From a bacterium (GTDB lineage Bacteria; Patescibacteriota; Minisyncoccia; UBA6257; WO2-44-18): a stretch of DNA of 64,000 nt. The position numbers were made by a program, and so were the translations under genes. Positions 20,208 through 29,643 of this stretch are shown here, piece by piece (position 1 is the first letter of the stretch; every line of letters starts with the position of its first letter). The notes beneath the pieces are model-generated. The model did not search any database, was not told the DNA's origin, and worked only from the letters and a program-made list of their open reading frames with translations. Location: positions 20,404-84,403 of the forward strand of contig JAUSKF010000004.1 in assembly GCA_030646995.1 (NCBI GenBank), written 5' to 3'.

Positions 20208-20798
20208 TCATTCGGTTGGGAGACCAGCTGAAGTCTCGGGTGCCGCTGGGGGTGGACCAACCTCGGCGGGATTTCTTAATTTTGATATCAGGCTCTGGAA
20301 TTTTTCATAATCAGGTAAATCTTCAACTCTGGCCACGCCCAAAAACTTCAAAAGCTCGAAGTTAGGCTTATACAAATAAACATTCCCCCTCTTCGGGTCA
20401 GGATAACGCTCCACAAGCCCTCGGATAGAAAGATTCCGCAAGCTGAAGCTGGAATTGACGCCTCGGATATAATCCAGCTCTGCGCGAGTCATCGGGCCGG
20501 CATAAGCGACGATGGAAAGCGTCTCTAGGGCGGCCGGTGTCAGATTTTCCCGCAATTCTTCTTTCATCACTGTCTCCAGCAAAGAAGAGAAGTCTGGCTT
20601 GGTAGTTAGTTGAACTTTTTCTTTATCGTAAACCAAAAAAAGTCCGCGATTCCCGGCCTTCAACTCTTCCGCTAATTTCTTAAGCGCCGCCTCTACATCT
20701 TCTTCAGAAGCCTTTAAAGTTTGTGCAATCTTTTTTAAACCAATTGCATCTCCGTAGATAAAAAGTAGCGCCTCAATTTTAGCTATTATTTCAGCCAT
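20208..20798 (-). CDS. scpB: Segregation and condensation protein B
   Basis: IEALLF, LTPAALETLSIVAY, RAELDYIRGVNS; likely ATG at 20798. Confidence 0.93.
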   Translation of the reverse strand: MAEIIAKIEALLFIYGDAIGLKKIAQTLKASEEDVEAALKKLAEELKAGNRGLFLVYDKEKVQLTTKPDFSSLLETVMKEELRENLTPAALETLSIVAYAGPMTRAELDYIRGVNSSFSLRNLSIRGLVERYPDPKRGNVYLYKPNFELLKFLGVARVEDLPDYEKFQSLISKLRNPAEVGPPPAAPETSAGLPTE

Positions 20799-21504
20799 TA
20801 GATTTTTGAATAACCATGTCTTCAAACTGACTCCCCTGTTCAACATTAATAATACGCTCTTTCAAAAGATGCAGAATAGCCAAAAATAAAATAATTACTT
20901 CATGCCGAGCCTTCTGGCCGGACATTGTGCGAAAGCTGTGCTGACCAGCATCTTTAAATCTATTTAACAGCTCTTCCATCTTTTGTTCAATAGTTACCAC
21001 CGTCCTTTTGACGGTTTGCTCTTCCGGCAACAATACTTTTAAAATTGCCGCCAGATTATTCACGGCGCGAGCCAGATCAGAAATTTTCAAATCTTCCGGA
21101 GGATAAAAAATTGATTGCTCGCCTAAGCTAAAAAACAACGGCCTCGCATAGGCGGAAACATTCCTATCCCAAAGATTTTTAATGAACCCACTCGCCTGCT
21201 TGAACTCGCGATAAATTCTCAATCTGCCCTCCAAATCTTTAATATCTTCTTCCTCATCTTTAGAAAGCTCCAACATCGGTAAAAGCGCTTTTGATTTTAT
21301 AAGCACCAATTTCGCCGCCACCACCAAAAAATCGGCAATCACTCCTGGAGCCGTTTTCTCTAACGTTTTCACATATCGTAAAAAGTCGGCAGTAACCTCC
21401 GCCAAACTGACGGCGGTGATCTCCAACTTTTTTTCTTCGATTAATTCCAGCAGCTTCCCAAGTGGCCCGGCAAATTGTTGTGTTTTAACTTCGTAATTGG
21501 TCAT
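20791..21504 (-). CDS. scpA: Segregation and condensation protein A
   Basis: F-GPL-LL-LI, ADFLVVAA-L-IKS-ALLP, FLAILHL. Confidence 0.93.
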   Translation of the reverse strand: MTNYEVKTQQFAGPLGKLLELIEEKKLEITAVSLAEVTADFLRYVKTLEKTAPGVIADFLVVAAKLVLIKSKALLPMLELSKDEEEDIKDLEGRLRIYREFKQASGFIKNLWDRNVSAYARPLFFSLGEQSIFYPPEDLKISDLARAVNNLAAILKVLLPEEQTVKRTVVTIEQKMEELLNRFKDAGQHSFRTMSGQKARHEVIILFLAILHLLKERIINVEQGSQFEDMVIQKSNG

Positions 21505-21513
21505 AAAATATTC

Positions 21514-22722
21514 CTATGGCGTTTCAGGCTTCAGCGCATCTTTAGTATAAATGTTTGATGCGTTCCAAAGCATCCAGCCGCCATCAAGATCGGGGTGGCC
21601 GGCTACTGAATCTTCCCAAGCCTGAATCTGGGCCTTCACTTTCACGGCGTCATAGTCAGCCCCCAAATCAAAATCCTGAAACCACGGCCGAAGCTTGGCC
21701 CGAATCGGAGTAGTAGAAGCATAGACTTTAAATTCTTCAATTCTTTTCACCGCAGTGTCCATAGAGTATTTTATCACTTCATAAGGATACTCTGCCGGCT
21801 TTTCAAATCCGATGAATCCCGTGAAGTAATGAGATGGGTAAGTCATCGGAGCGATGGCATCTAAGTACGGCAGAGCGAATTCCAGATGCTGACCGATGCC
21901 CAATCCGTCTTTGTTTATAGTCACCAATCCGAACAAATCACCGGAAATTTTACCGTCAGGAATCTGCGCGTGAAGATACTCAAGAAATTGCCGAACGATT
22001 TTCGTTTTTAAAGTTTTCTCATCCCAAAAAGGATACTTGATATCATCCATATCGCCGTCGGAAGCAAAACGAATATAATCAAAATTCGCCTCATCCACTC
22101 CCCTGGCCAGAATCTCTTTAGCGATATCGGCATTGTATTGCCAAACTTCCGTAGAAGCCGTATCCATCCACATCAAACCTTTGAAATCTTTCCATAGTCC
22201 TCCGGTTGAAGAACTATAAAGAGCGAGGTCCGGACGGGCCAAGGCCAGACGTTGATCCTGAAAGACCGAAATACGGCCGATTACATAAATTCCTTCGTCA
22301 TGAAAACGCTTCACTAGTTGGTTCAGCTTGGGAATTCTAATTTCAATAGCGTCGTATTTTTTAGGAAGCTCTAAATCAGTGTTGTATGCCACGTAACCGG
22401 AATAATCCTTAATATCAATAACTATCGCATTTAATTCCGTTTCTTTTATCAGATCAATTAAATATTTTAATTTTTTTTCACTGCCGGCTGACCAGCTAGT
22501 AGCGTAGATAGCTTTGATTTTTTCCGGAGGATTGATCAGTGGCTTCTGCGGGGCAATATCAACAATTTTTGGAACAACCGGTTCCGCCGGAGCAACTTTT
22601 TTCTCTACCCCCATGTCTTCCGTAGATAGAATAATTATCTTATTGGATTCCTGTGAAAATAAAAAAAGCCCGAGGCCGGCTAAAAATATCCCTATTGAAA
22701 TTATCATATTCCTCACGCGCAT
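21514..22722 (-). CDS. Putative exported glycoside hydrolase (DUF4015-like)
   Basis: NAIVIDIKD, FDYIRF, PMTYPSHY, RPWFQDF, WMLWN. Confidence 0.8.
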   Translation of the reverse strand: MRVRNMIISIGIFLAGLGLFLFSQESNKIIILSTEDMGVEKKVAPAEPVVPKIVDIAPQKPLINPPEKIKAIYATSWSAGSEKKLKYLIDLIKETELNAIVIDIKDYSGYVAYNTDLELPKKYDAIEIRIPKLNQLVKRFHDEGIYVIGRISVFQDQRLALARPDLALYSSSTGGLWKDFKGLMWMDTASTEVWQYNADIAKEILARGVDEANFDYIRFASDGDMDDIKYPFWDEKTLKTKIVRQFLEYLHAQIPDGKISGDLFGLVTINKDGLGIGQHLEFALPYLDAIAPMTYPSHYFTGFIGFEKPAEYPYEVIKYSMDTAVKRIEEFKVYASTTPIRAKLRPWFQDFDLGADYDAVKVKAQIQAWEDSVAGHPDLDGGWMLWNASNIYTKDALKPETP

Positions 22723-22916
22723 GAATTTACCTTAATTTTACCTCACCCGAGGCCGACTGCCAATAAGACTTATAAGTCCTATGTGACGTATTTGTCCTAT
22801 GACACTCCTAGGTATTGACGGGTTCGAGAAAGTGTTGTAGGATGGCGGTAGCGAGATTTGGCGTGGTGCCAAGTCCTTACCAATTTTCAATAAGTTTCAG
22901 ATGAAGGAGGCGGCAG

Positions 22917-23666
22917 ATGGCCAGAGAAGAGAAGGCTAGAACGAAAGGTACGGGATTCGTTAAGCTGGTGAAGAAAGGCAAAGATGGTGAGTGGATCGAG
23001 TTGCTTCTCGTGCACAATCTTTCCAAGCCAATGCCCGATGGCAAACCCAAGAATGTTGGCTGGGGAACACCGGGCGGTGGAGTTCGCGAAGATGAAAATG
23101 AGTATGAGGGAACGCTCCGTGAGTTGTTTGAAGAAAGCAATGCATTCCTCAATGTCGTCAGAGAGCTGATGAAAGAATTTATCGGACGCGAGCATGAGTT
23201 CGGCTATCTGGAGTATATGAACGAGGAAGATCAGAAAAAAGTTCTCACCATTCACCGGTTTGAAAAAATGCCGGAAAGGCTGGACAGTCTCACAAGGGAG
23301 ATCAAGCGACTGAAGATCGAAGATCCTCGGCTGAAGCCGGCTGTTGAGGAACGCAATGCGATCATCACGGAATATGCCTCTGCCGCAAAGAAATTCGGCC
23401 TGATAAAAATGATCGGCCAGCCGACGCCAGAAAATGGCCGCGACGGTGGGACTCATACGACCTGGCTGTTTGAGGTAGATGCCGCCGACATCCTCAACAT
23501 CGATGATCTAGGAACTCGCAACGAGATCGCCGGGAACGTAGACGGCTGGATGTGGGCGATGCGCGAATATCTCGAAGAGCGCGGAAGAAATTACAAGAAC
23601 TCTTTCGGCAAACCCGACTACATCTACGTAAAACACCTGCGCCGTCTTGGATTGATTCAAGACTAA
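22917..23666 (+). CDS. NUDIX-box hydrolase-like protein
   Basis: PGGGVREDENEYEGTLRELFEE resembles the Nudix box; AAGGAGG SD and downstream hairpin terminator. Confidence 0.7.
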   Translation: MAREEKARTKGTGFVKLVKKGKDGEWIELLLVHNLSKPMPDGKPKNVGWGTPGGGVREDENEYEGTLRELFEESNAFLNVVRELMKEFIGREHEFGYLEYMNEEDQKKVLTIHRFEKMPERLDSLTREIKRLKIEDPRLKPAVEERNAIITEYASAAKKFGLIKMIGQPTPENGRDGGTHTTWLFEVDAADILNIDDLGTRNEIAGNVDGWMWAMREYLEERGRNYKNSFGKPDYIYVKHLRRLGLIQD

Positions 23667-23719
23667 CAATCACCCGCCCCCCACAGGGGCGGTTTTTTTA
23701 CTTTTGTTATAGAATAATA

Positions 23720-23984
23720 GCAATGTCCAAATACCCTTTTTCCCAATTGATAAGAGAAATTTTTATTCAATCTCCAAGGCGCGAGAGTGTAGCTGTAGAC
23801 TCTACTGCAAGCTTGAGCAACGAAGGAGTTTATAAAAATTTCCTTACCCATCCGGGAGGCACGACTATAGCCGATTTCTTTGTCGCTCCTCTTCAGGGTA
23901 GAGTCTACGCTTTCATCGTCGCTTCGCGAAATCTAGGCTATAGTCGTAGCCTTCAATTGGTAAAGGAGGGTATTTAGACATTGC
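23720..23984 (+). ncRNA. 265-nt structured repeat family B, copy 2 (leader of dnaX)
   Basis: 3' ~150 nt match 15328-15480 with about 7 mismatches; ends base-pair. Confidence 0.65.
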
Positions 23985-23987
23985 CGT

Positions 23988-25094
23988 ATGGCACTCGCTA
24001 TATATAGAAAGTACCGCCCGAAAAGTTTTGACGAGCTTTTGGGTCAAAAAGAAATAATCGAGGTACTCCGCAACGCGGCGCGGCAAAATAAAATCGCCCA
24101 CGCCTATCTTTTCTATGGCCCAAAGGGCACCGGCAAAACCACCGTCGCCCGCCTCGTTGCCAAACTCGCCAACTGCGAGACTCGCAAAGAAGACAAAGCT
24201 TTCGGCCAGAAAGGCGAACCCTGCAACAAATGCGCTCACTGTTCGGAGATAGATTCCGGCCGGGCGCTAGACGTAATTGAAATTGACGCCGCCTCCAACC
24301 GCGGCATAGACGACGTGCGCGAACTGCGCGAAGGCATCCGCCTCTCCCCTTCTTCTTACGACTACAAGGTGGTCATTCTAGACGAGGTCCACATGTTGAG
24401 CCGCGACGCATTTAACGCGCTTTTGAAAACTCTGGAAGAGCCGCCGGCGCACGCGATAATTATTTTGGCGACCACCGAACTGGAAAAGGTCCCTCCGACC
24501 ATCATCTCCCGCACCCAGCGATTTCATTTCCGAAAACTGACCGTGGAAGAAATTATTGAGAAGTTGAACCGGATTGCCGCCACGGAAAAATTCAAAGTCG
24601 CCGAAGATGCCATAGAATTGATTGCCGCCTCAGCCGAAGGTAGCTTGCGCGACGCCGAATCTCTGCTGGACCAGATGGCCAGCATCAAAACGGAGATCTC
24701 CGTTGAAGATATAGAAAAAATTATCGGCAAAGTGGGCCTCGCTCGCACTGCCGACTTCTCCGAACTGGTACTCTCCACCGATCTAGCGGGCGCTTTGAAA
24801 TATATTTCCGACCTGAACTCGGGCGGCTATAACTTAGTGGACTTCAACAAGGAACTGATAAATTACTGGCGCCGGTTGTTGAGTCTGAAATTTGACCCAA
24901 AGCTGGATGAGTTATATAAAAACGAACTGACGAAAAAAGAATTGGAAAAAATGAAAGCGCAAAGCGTGAAAGTCGTCGCCGATAAACACATTAATTTCAT
25001 AAAATCCCTCATCCGCGCCTACAGCGAAATGCGCTACTCCCCTTTTGCAATCGTCCCGCTGGAAATCGCGATAATTGAGAATTTGCAGAAATAG
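23988..25094 (+). CDS. dnaX: DNA polymerase III gamma/tau
   Basis: YRKYRP, HAYLF-GP-GTGKTT, EIDAASN, DEVHML, SRTQ. Confidence 0.96.
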   Translation: MALAIYRKYRPKSFDELLGQKEIIEVLRNAARQNKIAHAYLFYGPKGTGKTTVARLVAKLANCETRKEDKAFGQKGEPCNKCAHCSEIDSGRALDVIEIDAASNRGIDDVRELREGIRLSPSSYDYKVVILDEVHMLSRDAFNALLKTLEEPPAHAIIILATTELEKVPPTIISRTQRFHFRKLTVEEIIEKLNRIAATEKFKVAEDAIELIAASAEGSLRDAESLLDQMASIKTEISVEDIEKIIGKVGLARTADFSELVLSTDLAGALKYISDLNSGGYNLVDFNKELINYWRRLLSLKFDPKLDELYKNELTKKELEKMKAQSVKVVADKHINFIKSLIRAYSEMRYSPFAIVPLEIAIIENLQK

Positions 25095-25165
25095 TTCCGG
25101 GGCAGGGAATCGAACCCCAATATCATCCTTCAAAGGGATGCGTCCGACCATTAGACGACCCCGGA
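25095..25165 (-). tRNA. tRNA-Gln(TTG)
   Basis: Minus strand TCCGGGG...CATCC-CT-TTG-AA-GGATG...GGTTCGATTCC...CCCCGGA; CCA not encoded. Confidence 0.92.
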
Positions 25166-25240
25166 ATAAACCTACTTTAACTCAAAAAAGCCATTCATTC
25201 AATCATTGAGGATTGCTGGGATTTTTATTCCTCCGTAGTT

Positions 25241-25509
25241 ATGTATAATATATTTATGATGAATTTTAATTTTTCAACGATGAATTGGAGCCTCTGGACA
25301 CCGCTTATGGGGGCGGGAATGATTTTAAGCTTGGCTTTCGTAGTATGGTCTCTATTTGGAAGGGAATGTCGATGTGGAAAGCGGCTCAAAAAGGAGACCG
25401 TAATTGGTTTATTGCTCTATTGATACTCAATACGGCCGGAATTTTGGACATTCTTTATATCTATCATTTCAGCAAGAAGAACGAGGCGCCTGCAGAAGTA
25501 AAGCAATAA
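25241..25509 (+). pseudogene. DUF5652-like small membrane protein with apparent 1-nt frameshift
   Basis: One frame reads ...VVWSLF and another continues WKGMSMWKAA...WFIALLILNTAGILDILY; one extra T at 25355-25357 joins them. Confidence 0.65.
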
Positions 25510-25536
25510 ACGTTAAAATCGTGTAAAGTAGCAGTA

Positions 25537-27060
25537 ATGTCTAAGTATCTTACTTTCGGAGCTATTTTAGCTGTGATTATCAGCGCGGGACTTTTCTCTC
25601 TTGGCGACCCAGCTGAGCTGGGTCAGGCCACGCTTAGCGTGGCGAACAAAAAAACCGAAAATGTAGCAGCAAATCCCTCAACAAGCGGAGCAGGTTTTGT
25701 CATCAAGATGAGCGATGCCGGCTATGACAAGTTGGCTTTGGAAATAAAGCAGGGCGATACGGTCACTTTTGAAAATACTGGGACAACCAAATACCGCTGG
25801 CCGGCTTCCAACATCCATCCGACTCATCAAATATATTCGGAGTTTGATCCGAAGAAAAAAATGGCGCCCGGAGAATCCTGGAGCTTCACCTTTAACAAAC
25901 CCGGAACCTGGAAATTCCACGACCACCTCGCCCCCGGTATCGTTGGGGACATCAAAGTAATCCCGGTTGCCGGAGCGATCGAAAATATCGCGTCGGAAAA
26001 AGTTGAACCGAAAAAATCTGTTCCAAAACCGACCACTAAAACTGAAACTGATTTCGCCTCCATAAATATCATGGCGGCCCTGAAAGATAACGAACAGCTG
26101 ACCAAATGGCTGAACGCGGTCGGCCCGAAAAAAATAATGGAAAAACTACTGAAAGACACCAACGGCGGTTCGTTGGTGGACTGCCATCAGGAATCCCACA
26201 CCGTCGGACGATTAGCATTTAAAATATACGGCGCCTCGGCTTTCGGCGACGGCAATTCTTCCTGCCACTCCGGCTATTATCACGGAGCAATGGAAGAGTT
26301 GCTAAAAGAAAAGGGCACCGCCAATCTATCAAAAACCATCAATGATGTCTGTGATACTTTCAACACCAGCTTCGGACGCTTTGAATGTCTGCACGGTGTC
26401 GGCCATGGCGTCCTGGCCTATGATAACTACGACCTTCCGAAGGCCATAAAAACCTGCCGGCTCCTAAAGGATGACTACTCTGTCTCCTCCTGCTACGGCG
26501 GAATGTTTATGGAAAATATCATCACCGGCCAGGGTTCCGGCGGGAGTAAGGACCACGACACGGAATGGGTCAGCAAAGATCCGCAGTTCCCCTGTAATGC
26601 CATTGATCAGGACCACGAAGTTCAATATCAGTGCTATCAGATGCAGACCAGCTGGATGCTGACGCTGTTTAGTTATGACTTCAATAAAGTCTCTGAAGAA
26701 TGCCTGAAATCCCGCCCGGATATGGTTGAGGTCTGCTTTAAAAGCTATGGCAGGGACGCGGCCGGCCACACCCTGCGCAATCCGCAAAAGATTAAAGAAT
26801 TATGCGGAAAAATTCCGGACATCCAAAACTACTACTACATCTGCGTAGTGGGCGCGGTGAACGTGGTCGTTGATTTCTGGGGCGACCTGCTCACCACCCA
26901 AGCCACCGAGCTTTGCCAAATCCTTCCCGAAACCGGAAAACGCTCCTGCTACACTACACTCGCCTCTCGCCTGCTGGATGTATTCAACACACCAGAGCGC
27001 CGAAAACTTATCTGTGACGGCTTTGAGGCTGATTATAAAAATCTATGTCTAGCCAATTAG
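25537..27060 (+). CDS. Exported protein: cupredoxin-like domain plus Cys/His-rich helical repeats
   Basis: Signal peptide, WPASN-HPTH, FHDHL, then CH--SH--G, CHSGYYHG, CLHGVGHG, CYGGMFME. Confidence 0.75.
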   Translation: MSKYLTFGAILAVIISAGLFSLGDPAELGQATLSVANKKTENVAANPSTSGAGFVIKMSDAGYDKLALEIKQGDTVTFENTGTTKYRWPASNIHPTHQIYSEFDPKKKMAPGESWSFTFNKPGTWKFHDHLAPGIVGDIKVIPVAGAIENIASEKVEPKKSVPKPTTKTETDFASINIMAALKDNEQLTKWLNAVGPKKIMEKLLKDTNGGSLVDCHQESHTVGRLAFKIYGASAFGDGNSSCHSGYYHGAMEELLKEKGTANLSKTINDVCDTFNTSFGRFECLHGVGHGVLAYDNYDLPKAIKTCRLLKDDYSVSSCYGGMFMENIITGQGSGGSKDHDTEWVSKDPQFPCNAIDQDHEVQYQCYQMQTSWMLTLFSYDFNKVSEECLKSRPDMVEVCFKSYGRDAAGHTLRNPQKIKELCGKIPDIQNYYYICVVGAVNVVVDFWGDLLTTQATELCQILPETGKRSCYTTLASRLLDVFNTPERRKLICDGFEADYKNLCLAN

Positions 27061-27788
27061 TAATTCTGGCGGGTGGTCAGGGAAAACGGATGAATCATCA
27101 CCTGCCCAAACCGCTCGTTCCTATCGCAGGCAAAAGCATAATTGAGCGACTTCTGGAGCGAATGCGCGACCTCTTCCCGAAACCGGTGATTGTCATCGGC
27201 CACAAAAGCCAGGAAATCAGGAATGCTCTCGGATCTTCATACACCTACGCCGAGCAGAAGGAACAGCGTGGCACAGGCGACGCCCTGCTATCAGCCAAAG
27301 AAGCTCTATCCGATTTTGAAACCATCGTGGTAATTCCCGGAGACAATCCCCTGGTCAGCCGGGAAACAATAGAAGCAATGCTCGCCGATCAGGAGGGAAA
27401 CAACAGCGTGATGGCAATGGCAACGATTAAGGTACCGAATTTCGAAAATGAATTTAAAGTCTGCGAACGCTATGGGCGGGTCATCCGAAGCAGTGATGGT
27501 TCGGCCAACCGAATCGTGGAGTTCAAAGATGCCACAGACGAAGAGAAAAAGATCACCGAAGTTAATCCTAGTTATTATGTTTTTGATACCAATTGGCTCT
27601 GGGAAAATATCGGAAAAATAAAACCCAATAACGCCGCCGGCGAGTATTATTTAACTGATCTTTTGAATATCGCAACCGAGCAGGGTCATAAAGTCCCGGC
27701 CGTTAAAGTAAAAAATCCTATTGAAGGAATGGGTGTAAATAACCCGGAGGAGCTCGCGATAGTTGAGAAATATATTCAAAATTTGTAA
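27045..27788 (+). CDS. GlmU N-terminal-like nucleotidyltransferase
   Basis: ILAGGQGKRM, PKPL, Q-EQ-GTG, YGR, IVEFKDA, EYYLTD; no acetyltransferase domain. Confidence 0.88.
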   Translation: MSSQLVILAGGQGKRMNHHLPKPLVPIAGKSIIERLLERMRDLFPKPVIVIGHKSQEIRNALGSSYTYAEQKEQRGTGDALLSAKEALSDFETIVVIPGDNPLVSRETIEAMLADQEGNNSVMAMATIKVPNFENEFKVCERYGRVIRSSDGSANRIVEFKDATDEEKKITEVNPSYYVFDTNWLWENIGKIKPNNAAGEYYLTDLLNIATEQGHKVPAVKVKNPIEGMGVNNPEELAIVEKYIQNL

Positions 27789-27829
27789 GATAGAGGCAGT
27801 TCTTGCCTAGCTTCTAGGAGAAAACCAGA

Positions 27830-28672
27830 ATGGCAATGCCAAGGAGTCTACTGCTGGTGCGCCACGGAGAATCGGAAGGTAACGTCGCAAAAAAATTATC
27901 TGAAAAACGCGACCACAGTCTATTCACGGAAGCGTTTATGAAACGCCACAGCTCCACTTTCCGCCTTACAAACAAAGGCAGGAAGCAGGCAGAAATGGCC
28001 GGCGATTGGATTCGCAAGAACGTTGGCTTAGAATTCGACCGATGTTACACATCCGTATATCTACGCGCGATTGAAACAGCTTGCATCCTGCAACTTCCGT
28101 TCGCGGAATGGCGAGCAGAGATTTTTCTCCGCGAAAGGGACTGGGGCGATCTCGATGTAGTTTCTCAAGAAGAAAAGGAGACTAAATATAAAGAGATTAT
28201 GGAGGCGCGGAAATCAGATGGAATATTCTGGCGGCCACCAAACGGCGAGTCTATGTCGAACCTCTGCATTAGGGTAGATCGAGTTATTCAAACGATGGCT
28301 CGTGAATGTAGCGGCAAAAATGTGATTGTAGTCTGCCACGGGGAGACAATGAGGGCTTTCCGAATCATCTTGGAAAGAATGTCGCCTTGGGAATATGCCC
28401 GCCTTGATGCCTCGACCGATAAAAAAGACCGCATTCTCAACTGCCAAATCCTACAATATACCCGAGAAGATCGAGTGTTTAGCACGAACCCCGCCATCGG
28501 CGGGGCCACTAAAAAATCCAAAAAGCTTCTCCCCCACTTCACCTGGATGCGCTCCGTCTGCCCGACCAATACCGCCTTATCGAGTAATATCTGGACACCC
28601 ATCCAAAGAAAAAAATACAGCAACAGTGATCTTTGGGAAATCGCCGAACAGACAAAAAGAATGATTGAATAA
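27830..28672 (+). CDS. Histidine phosphatase family protein
   Basis: LVRHGESEGN, RAIET, PNGES, VCHG. Confidence 0.9.
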   Translation: MAMPRSLLLVRHGESEGNVAKKLSEKRDHSLFTEAFMKRHSSTFRLTNKGRKQAEMAGDWIRKNVGLEFDRCYTSVYLRAIETACILQLPFAEWRAEIFLRERDWGDLDVVSQEEKETKYKEIMEARKSDGIFWRPPNGESMSNLCIRVDRVIQTMARECSGKNVIVVCHGETMRAFRIILERMSPWEYARLDASTDKKDRILNCQILQYTREDRVFSTNPAIGGATKKSKKLLPHFTWMRSVCPTNTALSSNIWTPIQRKKYSNSDLWEIAEQTKRMIE

Positions 28673-28681
28673 AAAAACCCG

Positions 28682-29449
28682 CTAAACGCGGGATTTTTGT
28701 TTTTCCATTCTTTCGTTAATTGTTGGCTTAACTTTCACGGCCAACCGCAACTTAATCAAAGCCCAGATAACTACCCAAGAGGGATCAAATTCACTCTTGA
28801 GAAATCCAAGCTTGGGCGAATTCTGATCATGATGATGATTGTTGTGCCACCCTTCTCCGGCACCCCACAATCCCAGCCACCAAACATTGGTAGCCGTATT
28901 ATCAAAATTTTTATACCCACGCGTATGGCCAATGCTATTGATGGCCGCAGCAGTTCTCAAATAAAGGTAGAGTTGGGCCACGAAAGCGAGGCCACCCGCC
29001 AGAACGCCCCACCAGCCGTAAAGCAAACCGAATGCCGACATTGAAGCAACAAATCCGATAGCTACGCCAAGCGGTCCATTTTCCAAAAGAACATCCGCTT
29101 TCGTTTTCGGAATGCCCCAGCAATACTCCTCCACCAATTGCGCGTTGTTAGCCGCCTCGGTGTAATACTTTTCATGCGTCCAGAAAAGACGCCAAAGACC
29201 AATTAGTACCGGGCTATGGGGATCTCCTTCAACGTCAGTAAAACGGTGATGCTTGCGATGTACTGCCACCCAGCTTCTCATCGCCTGCCAGGTAAACAAC
29301 CAGAGCCAAACCCTCATCATAAATGCCACAGCCGAATTCAATTTGATTCCTTGATGAGTCATAGCCCGATGCAAATAGATAGAAGTGAGTAGGCCGTCCA
29401 TCTGATGAGCAACCAAAACATAGCAGATCGCTGCGATGAAAAGATTCAT
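28682..29449 (-). CDS. Membrane fatty-acid (delta-9-like) desaturase
   Basis: His boxes HRAMTH, HRKHH, GEGWHNNHH; DPHSP, INSIGH. Confidence 0.9.
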   Translation of the reverse strand: MNLFIAAICYVLVAHQMDGLLTSIYLHRAMTHQGIKLNSAVAFMMRVWLWLFTWQAMRSWVAVHRKHHRFTDVEGDPHSPVLIGLWRLFWTHEKYYTEAANNAQLVEEYCWGIPKTKADVLLENGPLGVAIGFVASMSAFGLLYGWWGVLAGGLAFVAQLYLYLRTAAAINSIGHTRGYKNFDNTATNVWWLGLWGAGEGWHNNHHHDQNSPKLGFLKSEFDPSWVVIWALIKLRLAVKVKPTINERMEKQKSRV

Positions 29450-29643
29450 CTCGGCCTCCTCTTACCCCTCAACGTCTGTCAAAGAATCTGGCTTCAGGGT
29501 AGCACTAAAGCATGCTCCGACACCAGAACGAGCGCCAATCTTCTCCAACATCGTCTTCGCCAAACAAAGCGCTACTCAATAAACTTAATTTGCGAACAAC
29601 TAGCTCCAGTATCAAAAGAACGGCTGGACGATGCAGCGCTCGG

